From the NCBI GenBank assembly GCA_947476875.1, contig CANJSG010000004.1, positions 1-50,647 on the forward strand: DNA of 50,647 nt. The letters are read 5' to 3'. The translations under genes and the position numbers were made by a program. This document shows positions 8,998 to 18,840 of the stretch, in pieces. The notes beneath the pieces are model-generated. The model had not been told where the DNA came from and ran no database searches. It worked only from the letters and a program-made list of their open reading frames with translations. Position 1 is the stretch's first letter. Every line of letters begins with the position of its first letter. The DNA comes from Verrucomicrobiota bacterium (GTDB taxonomy: Bacteria > Verrucomicrobiota > Verrucomicrobiia > Limisphaerales > CANJSG01).

Positions 8998-10047
8998 ATG
9001 AACTCCATCCGCTTCGCTCAAGTGTCATCCCGTCACGTTGCCTGGATCGCCATCCTCGTCTCGGCCTTCTTGACGGGGGCGGGATGCAAGCCGGCTTCAC
9101 CGGCGGCCACCGCGCCAGGATTGCCCCCAATGCTCGTCGAGCTGGCCGGCGTGGAGTCGCACGGCCTGACCGCGACCGAGGAGGTCGTCGGCACGGTGCG
9201 GGCGAAACTGCGCGCCGCGGTCGAAGCGAAGAGCGCGGGCCGCATCGAGGCGCTGCTGGTGGTGCCGGCGCAGTTGGTGAAACAGGGCCAGACCATCGCG
9301 TCGCTGGACGCCCGCGAGATCAAGGCGCGGTTGGATTCGGCCCAGGCCGTCCGCGACCAGGCCACCCGGGATCTGGAACGGATCAGCAAGCTGGTGAAGG
9401 ACGGCGCTTCGACCGCGTCCGAGTTGGACGCCGTGCAGGCCCGCCAGCGCGTGTCGGTCGCCGCCGTTTCCGAGGCGGAAACAATGCTGGGCCACGCCCG
9501 CATCGTGGCGCCGTTCGACGGGGTCATCACGCGCAAACTGGCCGATGTCGGCGATCTTGCGACACCTGGCCGGCCGCTGGTGGAAATCGAGGATCCTGCG
9601 CACTTGCGCTTCGAGGCGGATGTTCCCGAAGCGCTGCGGGACCGGCTGGAGCTCGGAGTGAAACTGCCCATCCGCATTTCCTCGCTGAAAGATTCGGTCG
9701 AAGGCGCCGTCAGCGAAATTGCGCCGGCGGCTGAAGCCGTGAGCCGCACCTATCTCGTGAAGCTCGATCTGCCGGTGATCGCAGGCTTGAGGGCCGGACA
9801 GTTCGGGCGTGTGTCCGTGCCGACGGGCGAGGCGGCCGTGCCCCATGTGCCGATGGGATCAGTCGTCCAGCGCGGCCAATTGGAATACGTCTACGTCGTC
9901 GACGCCGGGAAGGCGCATCTTCGTCTCATCCGCACCGGCAAACGATTTGGCGGCGATGTCGAAGTCGTTTCCGGCATCAACGCCGGCGAACACGTCGTGG
10001 CCGATCCGTCGAAGGTGCAGGACGGCCAACCCGTGGAGGCCAAATGA
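8998..10047 (+). CDS. RND efflux periplasmic adaptor (MFP) subunit, probable lipoprotein
   Basis: GAGC lipobox-like site; IVAPFDGVI, VSRTYLVK, LRAGQFGRV, VEVVSGI motifs. Confidence 0.95.
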   Translation: MNSIRFAQVSSRHVAWIAILVSAFLTGAGCKPASPAATAPGLPPMLVELAGVESHGLTATEEVVGTVRAKLRAAVEAKSAGRIEALLVVPAQLVKQGQTIASLDAREIKARLDSAQAVRDQATRDLERISKLVKDGASTASELDAVQARQRVSVAAVSEAETMLGHARIVAPFDGVITRKLADVGDLATPGRPLVEIEDPAHLRFEADVPEALRDRLELGVKLPIRISSLKDSVEGAVSEIAPAAEAVSRTYLVKLDLPVIAGLRAGQFGRVSVPTGEAAVPHVPMGSVVQRGQLEYVYVVDAGKAHLRLIRTGKRFGGDVEVVSGINAGEHVVADPSKVQDGQPVEAK

Positions 10048-10050
10048 GCA

Positions 10051-10136
10051 GCAGGTGGGAAAGTGGGAATGTGGGCGGGGGAGATGAGAGTCGCCGGCCG
10101 GCCTGCTCACTTTCCCGCCTGCCCACCCGCTCACTT
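10051..10136. repeat. Intergenic octamer-period palindromic element
   Basis: Purine-rich arm gcaggtgg-gaaagtgg-gaatgtgg-gcgg and complementary arm gctcactt-tcccgcct-gcccaccc-gctcactt. A second copy lies at 11741-11836. Confidence 0.75.
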
Positions 10137-10171
10137 GCCGCGTCTCGCGCTCCGCAGGGAGGCCCACGCCC

Positions 10172-13100
10172 ATGACACCCGAACTACAGCCGCACGGCCT
10201 CGCCGGCCGGATCGCGCACGCGTTCATCGATTCGAAGCTCACCCCGCTGGTCGTCATCGCGTCAGTGCTGCTGGGCGCCTTCGCCCTGTTCATGCTGCCG
10301 CGCGAGGAGGAGCCGCAGATCAAGGTGCCGATGATCGACGTGATGGTCGCGATGCCCGGCTTCTCCGCCCAGGAGGTCGAGGAACGCGCCACCCGGCCGA
10401 TGGAGAAGCTGCTCTGGGAACTGCCCGGCGTGGAATACCTCTACTCGCAGTCGCACGAGGGTGAGGCCCTGACCATCGTGCGCTTCAAGGTCGGATCCGA
10501 TCCCGACGTGAGTCTCGTCAAGGTCTCCGAGAAACTCCGGGCCAATTTCGACCGCGTGCCGCACGGCGTCGCCTTCCCGCTAATCAAGCCGAAGTCCATC
10601 GACGATGTTCCCATCTTGGCGCTCACGTTCCACAGCACGCGCTACGATCACCTGACGCTGCGCAGACTCGCCGCCCAGGTGGACGATGCCGTGAAACAGG
10701 TCCCCTTGGTGGCAGAGACAACCGTGATCGGAGGAGCCCGCCGTGAACTGCGCGTGCTGCTCGATCCCGCCCGGCTGGCTTCCCGCGGACTCAGTCCGGT
10801 CGGCCTCATTCCGATGCTGCAGCAGGCCAACCGCCAGTTTCGCAGCGGCGAACTCATCTCGCACAATCAATCGGTCATCATCGAGACCGGCGCGTTTCTC
10901 CAGACGGCGGAAGATGTGAAGAACGTGGTGGTCGGGGTGATCAACGGCCGGCCGATCTATCTACGTGAAGTGGCCGACATCGTGGACGGCGCGGAGGAGC
11001 CGTCGAACTACGTGTTCTTTGGCAAAGGCGCCGGTGCCACTACGTCCGCCGAACCCGCCGTCACCCTTGCCATCGCCAAACGTCCCGGAGCAAACGCCAT
11101 CGCCGTCGCCGCCGACGTGCTGCGGAAAGTCGACGGGCTCAAGGGCACGATCATTCCGGCGGATGTGACCGTCTCCGTCACGCGGAACTACGGGGAAACG
11201 GCGGCGGAGAAATCCAACGAACTCCTGCTCCACATGGGCCTCGCCGTGGTCAGCGTTTCCATCCTGATCTGGCTGACGCTCGGCTGGCGCGAATCCGGCA
11301 TCGTCGCCGTCGCCATCCCGGCGACGCTCGCGCTGACGCTCCTCGTCTTCTACCTCTACGGTTTCACGCTGAACCGCATCACGCTCTTTGCGCTGATCTT
11401 CAGCATCGGCATCTTGGTCGATGACGCGATCGTGGTCGTCGAGAACATCGTCCGGCACTTCCACCTGCCACGGAACAAGGGCCGCCCGTGGAACACGATT
11501 GCCGTCGAAGCCGTCAGTGAAGTCGGCAATCCTACCATCCTCGCCACCTTCGCCGTGATCGCGGCCGTGCTGCCGATGGCGTTCGTCGGCGGGCTGATGG
11601 GGCCCTACATGCGGCCGATTCCCATCGGCGCGAGCGCGGCCATGTTCTGGTCGCTGCTGATCGCCTTCATCGTCACGCCGTGGGCGAGCATCCGGATGCT
11701 GCGGTGGAGCAACGGCGAGCGGCGACTGGCCGCACTTCACGCAGGTGAGCCGGTGGGCGGGGGTGGAAGTGAGAAGGCGAACGCCGAGCCGGCGGGTTCG
11801 CGCCCACCCGCTCACTCTCCCGCCTGCCCACCCGCTGCTGGTTCACATCACAGGCCCGAAGACGCACTCACCCGCCTCTATCGTCGTGTGATGAACCCGT
11901 TGCTCCACCACACCGGCTGGCAGTGGACATTCCTCGGCGTCATCACCGCGCTGCTGCTGGGAGCGATGGCCACCGTCGCCTTTGGTTGGGTGAAGGTGAA
12001 GATGCTTCCCTTCGACAACAAATCGGAGTTCCAGGTCATCCTCACCATGCCCGAAGGCAGCTCGTTGGAACGCACCGCGCAGGCCGCTTCGGAAATTGCG
12101 GCCGCGATCCGCATGGAGCCAGAGGTCACCGACTACCAGATCTACGTGGGCGTGGCGTCACCGTTCAACTTCAACGGCCTCGTCCGCCATTACTTCATGC
12201 GGCGCGGCGCCAACGTGGCCGACCTCCAGGTCAACCTCGTCGGCAAACACGAACGCAAAGCCCAGAGCCACGACATCGCCAAACGGGTTCGTCCGGCTGT
12301 CGCCGCGATCGCCGACAAGTTCGGCGCGCGTGTGGCTGTGGCCGAAGTGCCTCCTGGCCCGCCAGTGTTGCAGACGTTGGTCGCCGAACTCTACGGCCCG
12401 ACCGACGAAGCCCGGATGAAGCTGGCGCAACAGGTGAAGGACATTTTCAAAAGCACGCCCGGCGTGGTGGACGTGGATTCGTATGTCGAAGCCGACCAAC
12501 CGAAGACCCGCTTCGTTATCGACAAGGAAAAGGCCGCGCTCCACGGCATCAGCGCCGAGACGATTTCGCAGACGTTGAAGATCGCGGTCGGCGGCGAGTC
12601 GGTCGACCTGCTGCACATTCCCCGCGAGAAGGAGGACGTGAACCTCGTGCTCCAGCTCCCGCGTTCCGCCCGGGCGCGCCCCGAAGAATTGCTCGCCCTG
12701 CGCGTCCGCAGCGGCGACGCCAACGCCTTGCCCGAGCCCGGCGCCAACCTCTCCGGCCCACCCCTCGTGCCGCTGCGTGAACTGGTGAAGCTCGAAAACG
12801 GCATCGCCGACAAGAGCCGTCACCGAAAGAACCTCATGCCCGTGACCTACGTCATCGGCGACGTGGCCGGCGTGATTGAAAGCCCCGTCTACGCGATCGC
12901 GGAGATGAACAAGAAGATCATGGCCTTGCCCGGTGCGCCCAAGATCTACCACGCCGCCATGCCCTTCTCCGACGCGCAGCCCGCGATGAAGTGGGACGGC
13001 GAATGGCACATCACCATCGAAGTCTTCCGCGATCTCGGCACGGCCTTTGGCGCCGTCATCGTGCTCATCTTCATTCTCATGGTGGGCTGGTTCCGTTCCT

Positions 13101-13528
13101 TCATCACGCCGCTCGTCGTGATGATCGCGATCCCGTTCTCGCTCGTCGGCATCCTGCCGGCGCACGGCCTGATGGGCGCCTTTTTCAGCGCGACCTCGAT
13201 GATCGGCTTCATGGCCGGCGGCGGTATCGTGGTCCGCAATTCCATCATCCTCGTGGACTTCATCGAACAACGGCTCCGCGAAGGGATGCCGCTGGCCGAA
13301 GCCGTGGTGGACGCCGGGGCGGTGCGCTTCCGGCCGATGGTCCTGACCGCCGCTGCTGTCATCGTGGGCGCGGCTGTCATCCTTGCCGACCCGATCTTTC
13401 AGGGGCTCGCCATCGCGTTGATGGCCGGTGAAGTGGCCTCGCTCTTCATCAGCCGCATGGCGGTGCCGGTGCTCTACTTCATGGCCAACTCGTCGAAGCA
13501 CGCCAAAGCATCCAAACCAGAAGCGTGA
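10172..13528 (+). CDS. RND efflux permease (AcrB/AcrD/AcrF family)
   Basis: [43 protein letters not shown]; 12-TM layout; SD-like agggagg upstream. Confidence 0.97.
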   Translation: MTPELQPHGLAGRIAHAFIDSKLTPLVVIASVLLGAFALFMLPREEEPQIKVPMIDVMVAMPGFSAQEVEERATRPMEKLLWELPGVEYLYSQSHEGEALTIVRFKVGSDPDVSLVKVSEKLRANFDRVPHGVAFPLIKPKSIDDVPILALTFHSTRYDHLTLRRLAAQVDDAVKQVPLVAETTVIGGARRELRVLLDPARLASRGLSPVGLIPMLQQANRQFRSGELISHNQSVIIETGAFLQTAEDVKNVVVGVINGRPIYLREVADIVDGAEEPSNYVFFGKGAGATTSAEPAVTLAIAKRPGANAIAVAADVLRKVDGLKGTIIPADVTVSVTRNYGETAAEKSNELLLHMGLAVVSVSILIWLTLGWRESGIVAVAIPATLALTLLVFYLYGFTLNRITLFALIFSIGILVDDAIVVVENIVRHFHLPRNKGRPWNTIAVEAVSEVGNPTILATFAVIAAVLPMAFVGGLMGPYMRPIPIGASAAMFWSLLIAFIVTPWASIRMLRWSNGERRLAALHAGEPVGGGGSEKANAEPAGSRPPAHSPACPPAAGSHHRPEDALTRLYRRVMNPLLHHTGWQWTFLGVITALLLGAMATVAFGWVKVKMLPFDNKSEFQVILTMPEGSSLERTAQAASEIAAAIRMEPEVTDYQIYVGVASPFNFNGLVRHYFMRRGANVADLQVNLVGKHERKAQSHDIAKRVRPAVAAIADKFGARVAVAEVPPGPPVLQTLVAELYGPTDEARMKLAQQVKDIFKSTPGVVDVDSYVEADQPKTRFVIDKEKAALHGISAETISQTLKIAVGGESVDLLHIPREKEDVNLVLQLPRSARARPEELLALRVRSGDANALPEPGANLSGPPLVPLRELVKLENGIADKSRHRKNLMPVTYVIGDVAGVIESPVYAIAEMNKKIMALPGAPKIYHAAMPFSDAQPAMKWDGEWHITIEVFRDLGTAFGAVIVLIFILMVGWFRSFITPLVVMIAIPFSLVGILPAHGLMGAFFSATSMIGFMAGGGIVVRNSIILVDFIEQRLREGMPLAEAVVDAGAVRFRPMVLTAAAVIVGAAVILADPIFQGLAIALMAGEVASLFISRMAVPVLYFMANSSKHAKASKPEA
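11741..11836. repeat. Octamer-period element in frame within the RND central cytoplasmic loop
   Basis: 11810-11836 matches 10105-10131 at 26/27 nt. Encodes [12 protein letters not shown]...[12 protein letters not shown]. Confidence 0.8.
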
Positions 13529-13628
13529 TTCATTGGCTGGCCCCATTTCTTTGCTTCCAACTCGGTCCGCATCGTTGACTTGGCGAAGCGGTAGGGTCTC
13601 TTCTCAACAAACAAACTTCCCGCGAACC

Positions 13629-14855
13629 ATGCGCTCGAACCAAACGCTCTCTCGTCGCCACTTCCTTGTCCGGGGAGCCGTCCTTGCTGCTGGATTGCCG
13701 GCGCTTTCCTCGCTGGCCGAGGACACGGTCACGCTGCCTTTCGAGAACGGCGAGCGCCCGCTGGTGACGTATCCGCAGAAGCGCCCCTTGATCCGCCTGA
13801 CGTCGCGGCCGCCACAGCTGGAGACGCCGTTCAGCGTCTTCAACGAAGGCGTCCTGACGCCCAACGACGCGTTCTTCGTCCGCTATCATCTCGCGGGCTC
13901 ACCGCCGTCGATGGAGCAACTCGGCGCCGACAAGTTTCGCCTGAACATCAAGGGCGCGGTCACGACACCGCTGACTCTGTCGCTCGACGAGTTGAAGAAG
14001 GACTTCGAACAAGCGGAGGTCGTCGCGGTCAACCAGTGCTCCGGAAACAGCCGGGGCTTCTTCAAGCCGCGCGTGCAAGGCGGCCAATCGGCCAACGGCG
14101 CGATGGGCAACGCGAAGTGGAAGGGCGTCCGACTGAAGGATGTGCTGGCGAAAGCCGGTCTTGCGGCGACGGCCAAGCAGGCGGTCTTCAACGGAATGGA
14201 CAAGCCGTTGCTGCCGGGCACGCCGGACTTTGTGAAAGCCATCGATGTCGATCAGGCAATCGAACCCGACCTGCTCCTGGCCTACGAGATGAACGGCGAG
14301 CCCTTGCCTTGGCTGAATGGGTTTCCGCTCCGCCTCGTCGTGCCGGGCCACTACGGCACCTATTGGATCAAGCACCTGAACGAGATCCAGATCACCGCCG
14401 ACCAGTTCAAGGGCTTCTGGATGGACCCGGCCTACCGCATTCCCGACGACGCGTGCGCCGCCATCGAGCCGGGCACCAAGCCGAAGCACACCATCCCGAT
14501 CACCCGGTTCAACGTCCGGTCTTTCCTCACCAGCGTGGTGGACGGGGCGACCTTGAAGAGCGGGCGGCCGGTGACGCTGCGCGGCATCGCCTTCGACGGG
14601 GGCTATGGCATCACCGAAGTCGCCGTCTCCGACGACAACGGGCGCACGTGGCGCGGCGCCGACCTGGGCAAGGACCTCGGCAAATACTCCTTCCGCGAAT
14701 GGACGCTGCCCTTCACTCCGACGCGCGCGGGACAGCTCTCGCTGCGGGTCCGGGCAACCAATCGCCTCGGCCAATCCCAGCCGATGGAGCCGCTATGGAA
14801 TCCCTCCGGCTACATGCGCAACGTCGTCGAAACCACCACCGTCACCGTCGCCTGA
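13629..14855 (+). CDS. sorA: Sulfite:cytochrome c oxidoreductase molybdopterin subunit (Tat-exported)
   Basis: Tat motif SRRHFL; TLPFENGERPLV, RPPQLETP, FFVRYH, NQCSGN (Mo-ligating Cys), WMDPAYRIP, WNPSGYMRNVVE. Recognisably like Starkeya novella SorA. Confidence 0.92.
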   Translation: MRSNQTLSRRHFLVRGAVLAAGLPALSSLAEDTVTLPFENGERPLVTYPQKRPLIRLTSRPPQLETPFSVFNEGVLTPNDAFFVRYHLAGSPPSMEQLGADKFRLNIKGAVTTPLTLSLDELKKDFEQAEVVAVNQCSGNSRGFFKPRVQGGQSANGAMGNAKWKGVRLKDVLAKAGLAATAKQAVFNGMDKPLLPGTPDFVKAIDVDQAIEPDLLLAYEMNGEPLPWLNGFPLRLVVPGHYGTYWIKHLNEIQITADQFKGFWMDPAYRIPDDACAAIEPGTKPKHTIPITRFNVRSFLTSVVDGATLKSGRPVTLRGIAFDGGYGITEVAVSDDNGRTWRGADLGKDLGKYSFREWTLPFTPTRAGQLSLRVRATNRLGQSQPMEPLWNPSGYMRNVVETTTVTVA

Positions 14856-14857
14856 CC

Positions 14858-15181
14858 ATGAAGACCCGCCACTCGATTCTCACCCTTGTCGCCGGTCTCG
14901 CGGCCGGTGGGGCGATCTGGACCAACGCGGCCGACAAGGCGTCGGACTCGTGGAAACTGCCCGCCGAAGAGACCCGCCTGAAGCCGGGTGCCGGAGCCGA
15001 ACTGGTGAAAGCCAACTGCCTGCTCTGCCATTCCACCGACTACATCTCCACCCAGCCGGCACTGACGCGCGACCAGTGGAAGGCGACCGTCCTCAAGATG
15101 CAGCAGAAGTTCGGCGCACCGTTCAACGCCGAGAAGATGGATCCGGTCGTTGATTATCTGGTGAAGAGCTACGGCAAGTAG
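14858..15181 (+). CDS. sorB: Monoheme cytochrome c subunit of sulfite dehydrogenase
   Basis: Signal peptide; CLLCHSTDYISTQP, W.ATVLKM...FGAP; begins 2 nt after the sorA stop. Confidence 0.9.
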   Translation: MKTRHSILTLVAGLAAGGAIWTNAADKASDSWKLPAEETRLKPGAGAELVKANCLLCHSTDYISTQPALTRDQWKATVLKMQQKFGAPFNAEKMDPVVDYLVKSYGK

Positions 15182-15333
15182 ACGGCCGGGAGGACGTGGG
15201 CACCACCCATTCCTTGCCGTCCCCCTCGGCAATTTCCGCTCAACAAGCCAAGCCGGTCCCTGGGCAATCGACGGGCAGCGCAGGCCCACCGGATCAGAAG
15301 GATGAGGCCGATTCATGAAAGCATCCTCATTGA

Positions 15334-15782
15334 CCCTCCCGGTCGCCGGAGTTTCTTCCCGTTGATGCGGATCTGCGCCGCACCCTCCGCGAAGGCCTGG
15401 CCGGCACAGTCATGTCGATCTTCGACCAGCTGGAGGAACGAGACGTCGGCTCGCTGGTCGAGTTCATCAAGACCCTCTCGCCGGGTTGGCAACAGCGGAC
15501 CAACTACGTCCCGGCGGTCGCCATTGCCGATCGGCCGACATGGTTCGATGAGCCCGGGGTATTCAGGGGCCAGGCCGAGAAAGGCCGGCAGGCCTTCAAC
15601 CAGAGGGGCATCGCCTGCCACGGCGAGGCCGTGAGCCCGAGGAGATTGTCCGTATCCTCCTCACAGGAATGGACGGCACGCCGATGATCTCCTTCACCAA
15701 CCTGACGACTGAAGACCAACGCTGGCAGCTCGCCGCGCTCATCCTGCAGTTGCGCGAGAAGGCTTCGACGTCTCGCCAATAG
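15334..15782 (+). pseudogene. Decayed cytochrome c gene
   Basis: One frame reads LPVDADLRRTLREGLAGTVMSIFDQL...KGRQAFNQRGIACHGE, with GxxCH in place of CxxCH. After a frameshift it reads EPEEIVRILLTGMDGTPMISF...QRWQLAALILQLR to TAG at 15782. No upstream start or signal peptide. Confidence 0.75.
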
Positions 15783-15942
15783 CCGGAGCGCCGATTTTCC
15801 GCTCGACGATCGCAATCGCGTCATGGTTCCGGCGGTCCACGGCCAGAGCATCGCCTTCTACCTGATGACCCATTGACGGTGGCTGCGCCGACGTCGCATC
15901 TCCCACTTCACTTCCGCCGCCGCAGCCCACATGCTCCATCTC

Positions 15943-16827
15943 ATGCCGTGGCAGAAAATAACCCTCGTGGGCGTCGGCCTGCTCGGCGGGTCGCTCGGAC
16001 TCGCCGTCAAGCAGCGCAAGCTCGCCGCCCGCGTCGAGGGCTACGTCCGTCGTCCTGAAGCCGTCGCCGAAGCCGTCCAGCTCGGCGTCGTCGACGCGGC
16101 CACGTGCGACCTCGCGGCGGCTGTCAGCGGAGCGGATCTCGTCATCTTCTGCACGCCCATCGCCCAGATGCGTGCGTTGGCGGAACGGGTGGTAAAAGCC
16201 CTCAGCCCCGGTGCGATCGTGACCGATGTCGGCTCGGTCAAGGGCACGGTGGTGACGGAACTTGAACCCATCTTCGCCGCGGCCGGCGCCACCTTCATCG
16301 GCAGTCACCCCATGGCCGGTGGCGAACGCATGGGAGCCGGCGCGGCCCGGGCGGACCTGTTCAACAACGCCGTCTGCGTCGTCACGCCCACGCCGCAAAC
16401 GCCGAAGACGGCCGTCGTCCGGATGGAGCATTTCTGGCAGGAACTCGGCAGCCGCGTGCTCCGGCTCACGCCTGATCTCCACGACGAATTCGTCTCCCGC
16501 TCCAGCCACCTGCCGCACGTCATCGCCGCTGAACTGGCCAACTACGTCCTGAGTCCGGCGCTCCCCAAGGACCAGGCGCTCTTGTGCGCCTCCGGCTTCC
16601 GCGACACCACACGGATCGCATCGGGGTCGCCGGAAATGTGGCGTGACATCTCCATGGCCAACCGACGCCACCTCGCGCGCGTGCTCGGCGTGTTCATCGA
16701 GGATCTGCAGGAGTTCCAGCACGCGCTGGCGCACGAGGACGTTCGCGCCATTGAAGAATTCTTTACCAAGGCCAAACAGCGCCGCGACGCCTGGTGCGGC
16801 CAAGGCGCGTCGTCATCGCCGGAATGA
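15943..16827 (+). CDS. tyrA: Prephenate/arogenate dehydrogenase
   Basis: GVGLLGGS Rossmann motif, TDVGSVK, HPMAG, HD..SHLPH, SGFRDTTRIA; next to aroA. Start is 15943 or 15931. Confidence 0.95.
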   Translation: MPWQKITLVGVGLLGGSLGLAVKQRKLAARVEGYVRRPEAVAEAVQLGVVDAATCDLAAAVSGADLVIFCTPIAQMRALAERVVKALSPGAIVTDVGSVKGTVVTELEPIFAAAGATFIGSHPMAGGERMGAGAARADLFNNAVCVVTPTPQTPKTAVVRMEHFWQELGSRVLRLTPDLHDEFVSRSSHLPHVIAAELANYVLSPALPKDQALLCASGFRDTTRIASGSPEMWRDISMANRRHLARVLGVFIEDLQEFQHALAHEDVRAIEEFFTKAKQRRDAWCGQGASSSPE

Positions 16828-16888
16828 GCGTGTCCAAAAGAAATCGGAGACCCGAATCCACTCTCAAGAATGAGCACGCCGGGCCTTT

Positions 16889-17100
16889 GGGTGGCGCAGG
16901 CCTCCGGCCTGCACTTTCCGGCGTCCTCGCCGGAAAGCGTGGAGCGGGATTGAGGCGGAGCGGATCTTCCAGCCAGCCGAGACGATGTTTGGTCCGCGAG
17001 GTGGACGCATCCGCTTTTTCTGAGGGGTGGTTCCAGACCGGATCCACAAACCGTTCCGGGCGCGACGCCCGGAACAGCGGGCCGGAGGCCCGCGCCACCC
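16889..17100. repeat. REPIN-like long inverted repeat
   Basis: gggtggcgcaggcctccggcctgc (16889-16912) matches the reverse complement of 17077-17100 at 22/24. Each arm is flanked on its inner side by a second small hairpin (ttccggcg..cgccggaa; ttccgggcg..cgcccggaa). Confidence 0.85.
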
Positions 17101-17139
17101 TGCCGATGTGCGCCCGCCCATCATCTTTTTGAATCCGCC

Positions 17140-18462
17140 ATGCCCCTCCCCGACCTGATCGAAATCGTCCCGCTCACCGCGCCTGTCACGGCGGAGATCA
17201 CCGTGCCCGGCTCCAAGAGCATCACCAACCGCGCGCTCATCCTCGCGGCCTTGGCCGACGGCGTGACCACTCTGCGCGGCGCGCTCTGGAGCGAGGACAC
17301 GCAGGTCATGGCCGAATGCCTTGAGAAGCTCGGCTTCGAGGTGAAGGTCGAGGCCGATCCGGCTGAAGACTGCAACCGCACCATCACCGTCCACGGACTC
17401 GGCGGGCGCATTCCAAACGCCGGCACGCCGGAGAACCCGCTAGAACTCTTCGTCGGCAACGCCGGCACCGCCGCTCGCTTCCTCGCCGCCATGGTCTGCC
17501 TGGGCGAGGGCGTCTACCGCCTCAGCGGCATTCCCCGCATGCACGAGCGCCCGCAGGCCGCGCTCTTCGAGGCCCTGCGCGAACTCGGCTACCGCATCGA
17601 TTCCGCGAACAACAAACTTCCGGCCGTCTTTCACGGAGGGGAAAAACAGAAAGCTGAAAGCGGAAAGCGGAAATGCGTCGTCAGCGTGGAAGAGAGTTCC
17701 CAGTTCGCCTCCGCCTTGATCCTCAGCGCGGAACTTGGCGGCTGGGACATCGGCATCTGCGGAGGTGACGACGAAGAACTGCCGTATGTGGATATGACCC
17801 GCGAACTGGTGAAGGCGTTTCCGAAGAAAGGCGGTTCGTTCCAGATCGAGCCGGACGCGTCGAGTGGGAGCTACTTCTGGGCGGTTGGCCCAGTCCTCAG
17901 CCACTTGCTCAAAATGGACTCCCGGTTGGAGATGCCGGTCACGGTCAGGAACTGGCCTGAATCCAATTGGCAGATCGACGAAGAGTTTCCGCGTTTCGCC
18001 CCAGCCGTTGGCCTCCAAAACCCCACGCCGGTTTCGCGGGCGCGGCACTTGGGGGACAGCATCATGACGGCCATTGTCCTGTCTCCACTTTTGGAAGCTC
18101 CAACAGCCTTCACCGACCTCGGCCGTCTCCGCGTGCAGGAATGCGAACGCGTTGTCGCTTTGCGGACGGAGCTGACCAAGTGCGGCGCCAAGGTCATCGA
18201 GGAAGGCGACACGCTGACCGTGTATCCGTCCGAACTCCACAGCGCCGAGATCGAGACCTACAACGACCACCGCATGGCCATGTGCTTCGCCGTGCTTGGC
18301 CTGAAGGTTCCCGGCATCAAGCTCCGCAACCCCAGTTGCGTGAAGAAGACCTTCCCCAACTTCTTCCAGAAACTCGCCGCCCCCGCTCCCCACGGCCTCG
18401 GCGCCACCATCCTCGACGCCTCCGGCCGCAAACTCTCCGGCGACGAACTGTTCGCCGGCTGA
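17140..18462 (+). CDS. aroA: 3-phosphoshikimate 1-carboxyvinyltransferase (EPSP synthase)
   Basis: VPGSKSITNRAL, GNAGTAARF, RMHERP, SSQFAS, RVQECER, TYNDHRMAM, CVKKTFPNFF. Confidence 0.96.
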   Translation: MPLPDLIEIVPLTAPVTAEITVPGSKSITNRALILAALADGVTTLRGALWSEDTQVMAECLEKLGFEVKVEADPAEDCNRTITVHGLGGRIPNAGTPENPLELFVGNAGTAARFLAAMVCLGEGVYRLSGIPRMHERPQAALFEALRELGYRIDSANNKLPAVFHGGEKQKAESGKRKCVVSVEESSQFASALILSAELGGWDIGICGGDDEELPYVDMTRELVKAFPKKGGSFQIEPDASSGSYFWAVGPVLSHLLKMDSRLEMPVTVRNWPESNWQIDEEFPRFAPAVGLQNPTPVSRARHLGDSIMTAIVLSPLLEAPTAFTDLGRLRVQECERVVALRTELTKCGAKVIEEGDTLTVYPSELHSAEIETYNDHRMAMCFAVLGLKVPGIKLRNPSCVKKTFPNFFQKLAAPAPHGLGATILDASGRKLSGDELFAG

Positions 18463-18531
18463 GAGACAAAGGAGTGTCTTCACACCGAGAACGATGGCTG
18501 ACTTGCCTGCGGCCTCGGACACAGACCTGGC

Positions 18532-18691
18532 GGTAAGGCGAAGGCTCCTGCCGAGCCGCCGCTGTGCGTCCTAAAATCCTCGCGGCCACAGCGGCCAAGC
18601 AATTGGCCTCGGTCGCCTTCGAGCTTCCCGCGAGAAGCGACCCTGTTGGTCGGAGGCCCCAAGGCGGCTCGGCGGGAGCCGTCGCCCTACC
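18532..18691. repeat. GTAG-family REPIN (inverted pair of 29-nt REPs)
   Basis: ggtaaggcgaaggctcctgccgagccgcc (18532-18560) matches the reverse complement of 18663-18691 at 26/29. A third copy lies at 43927-43955. Confidence 0.9.
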
Positions 18692-18840
18692 ACGCGGGAC
18701 TTCACCCGACTCTGCGAGACTTCACCTCTCTTGCTCGGGTTGACGACACTCCTTGGCTCCACCTCGCCGGGAAATCGGGTTGCGGGCGCTGCCCGCCAGG
18801 GTTCAGGTTCAAGGGCTCACAATCAGGGCCATTTAATTGC

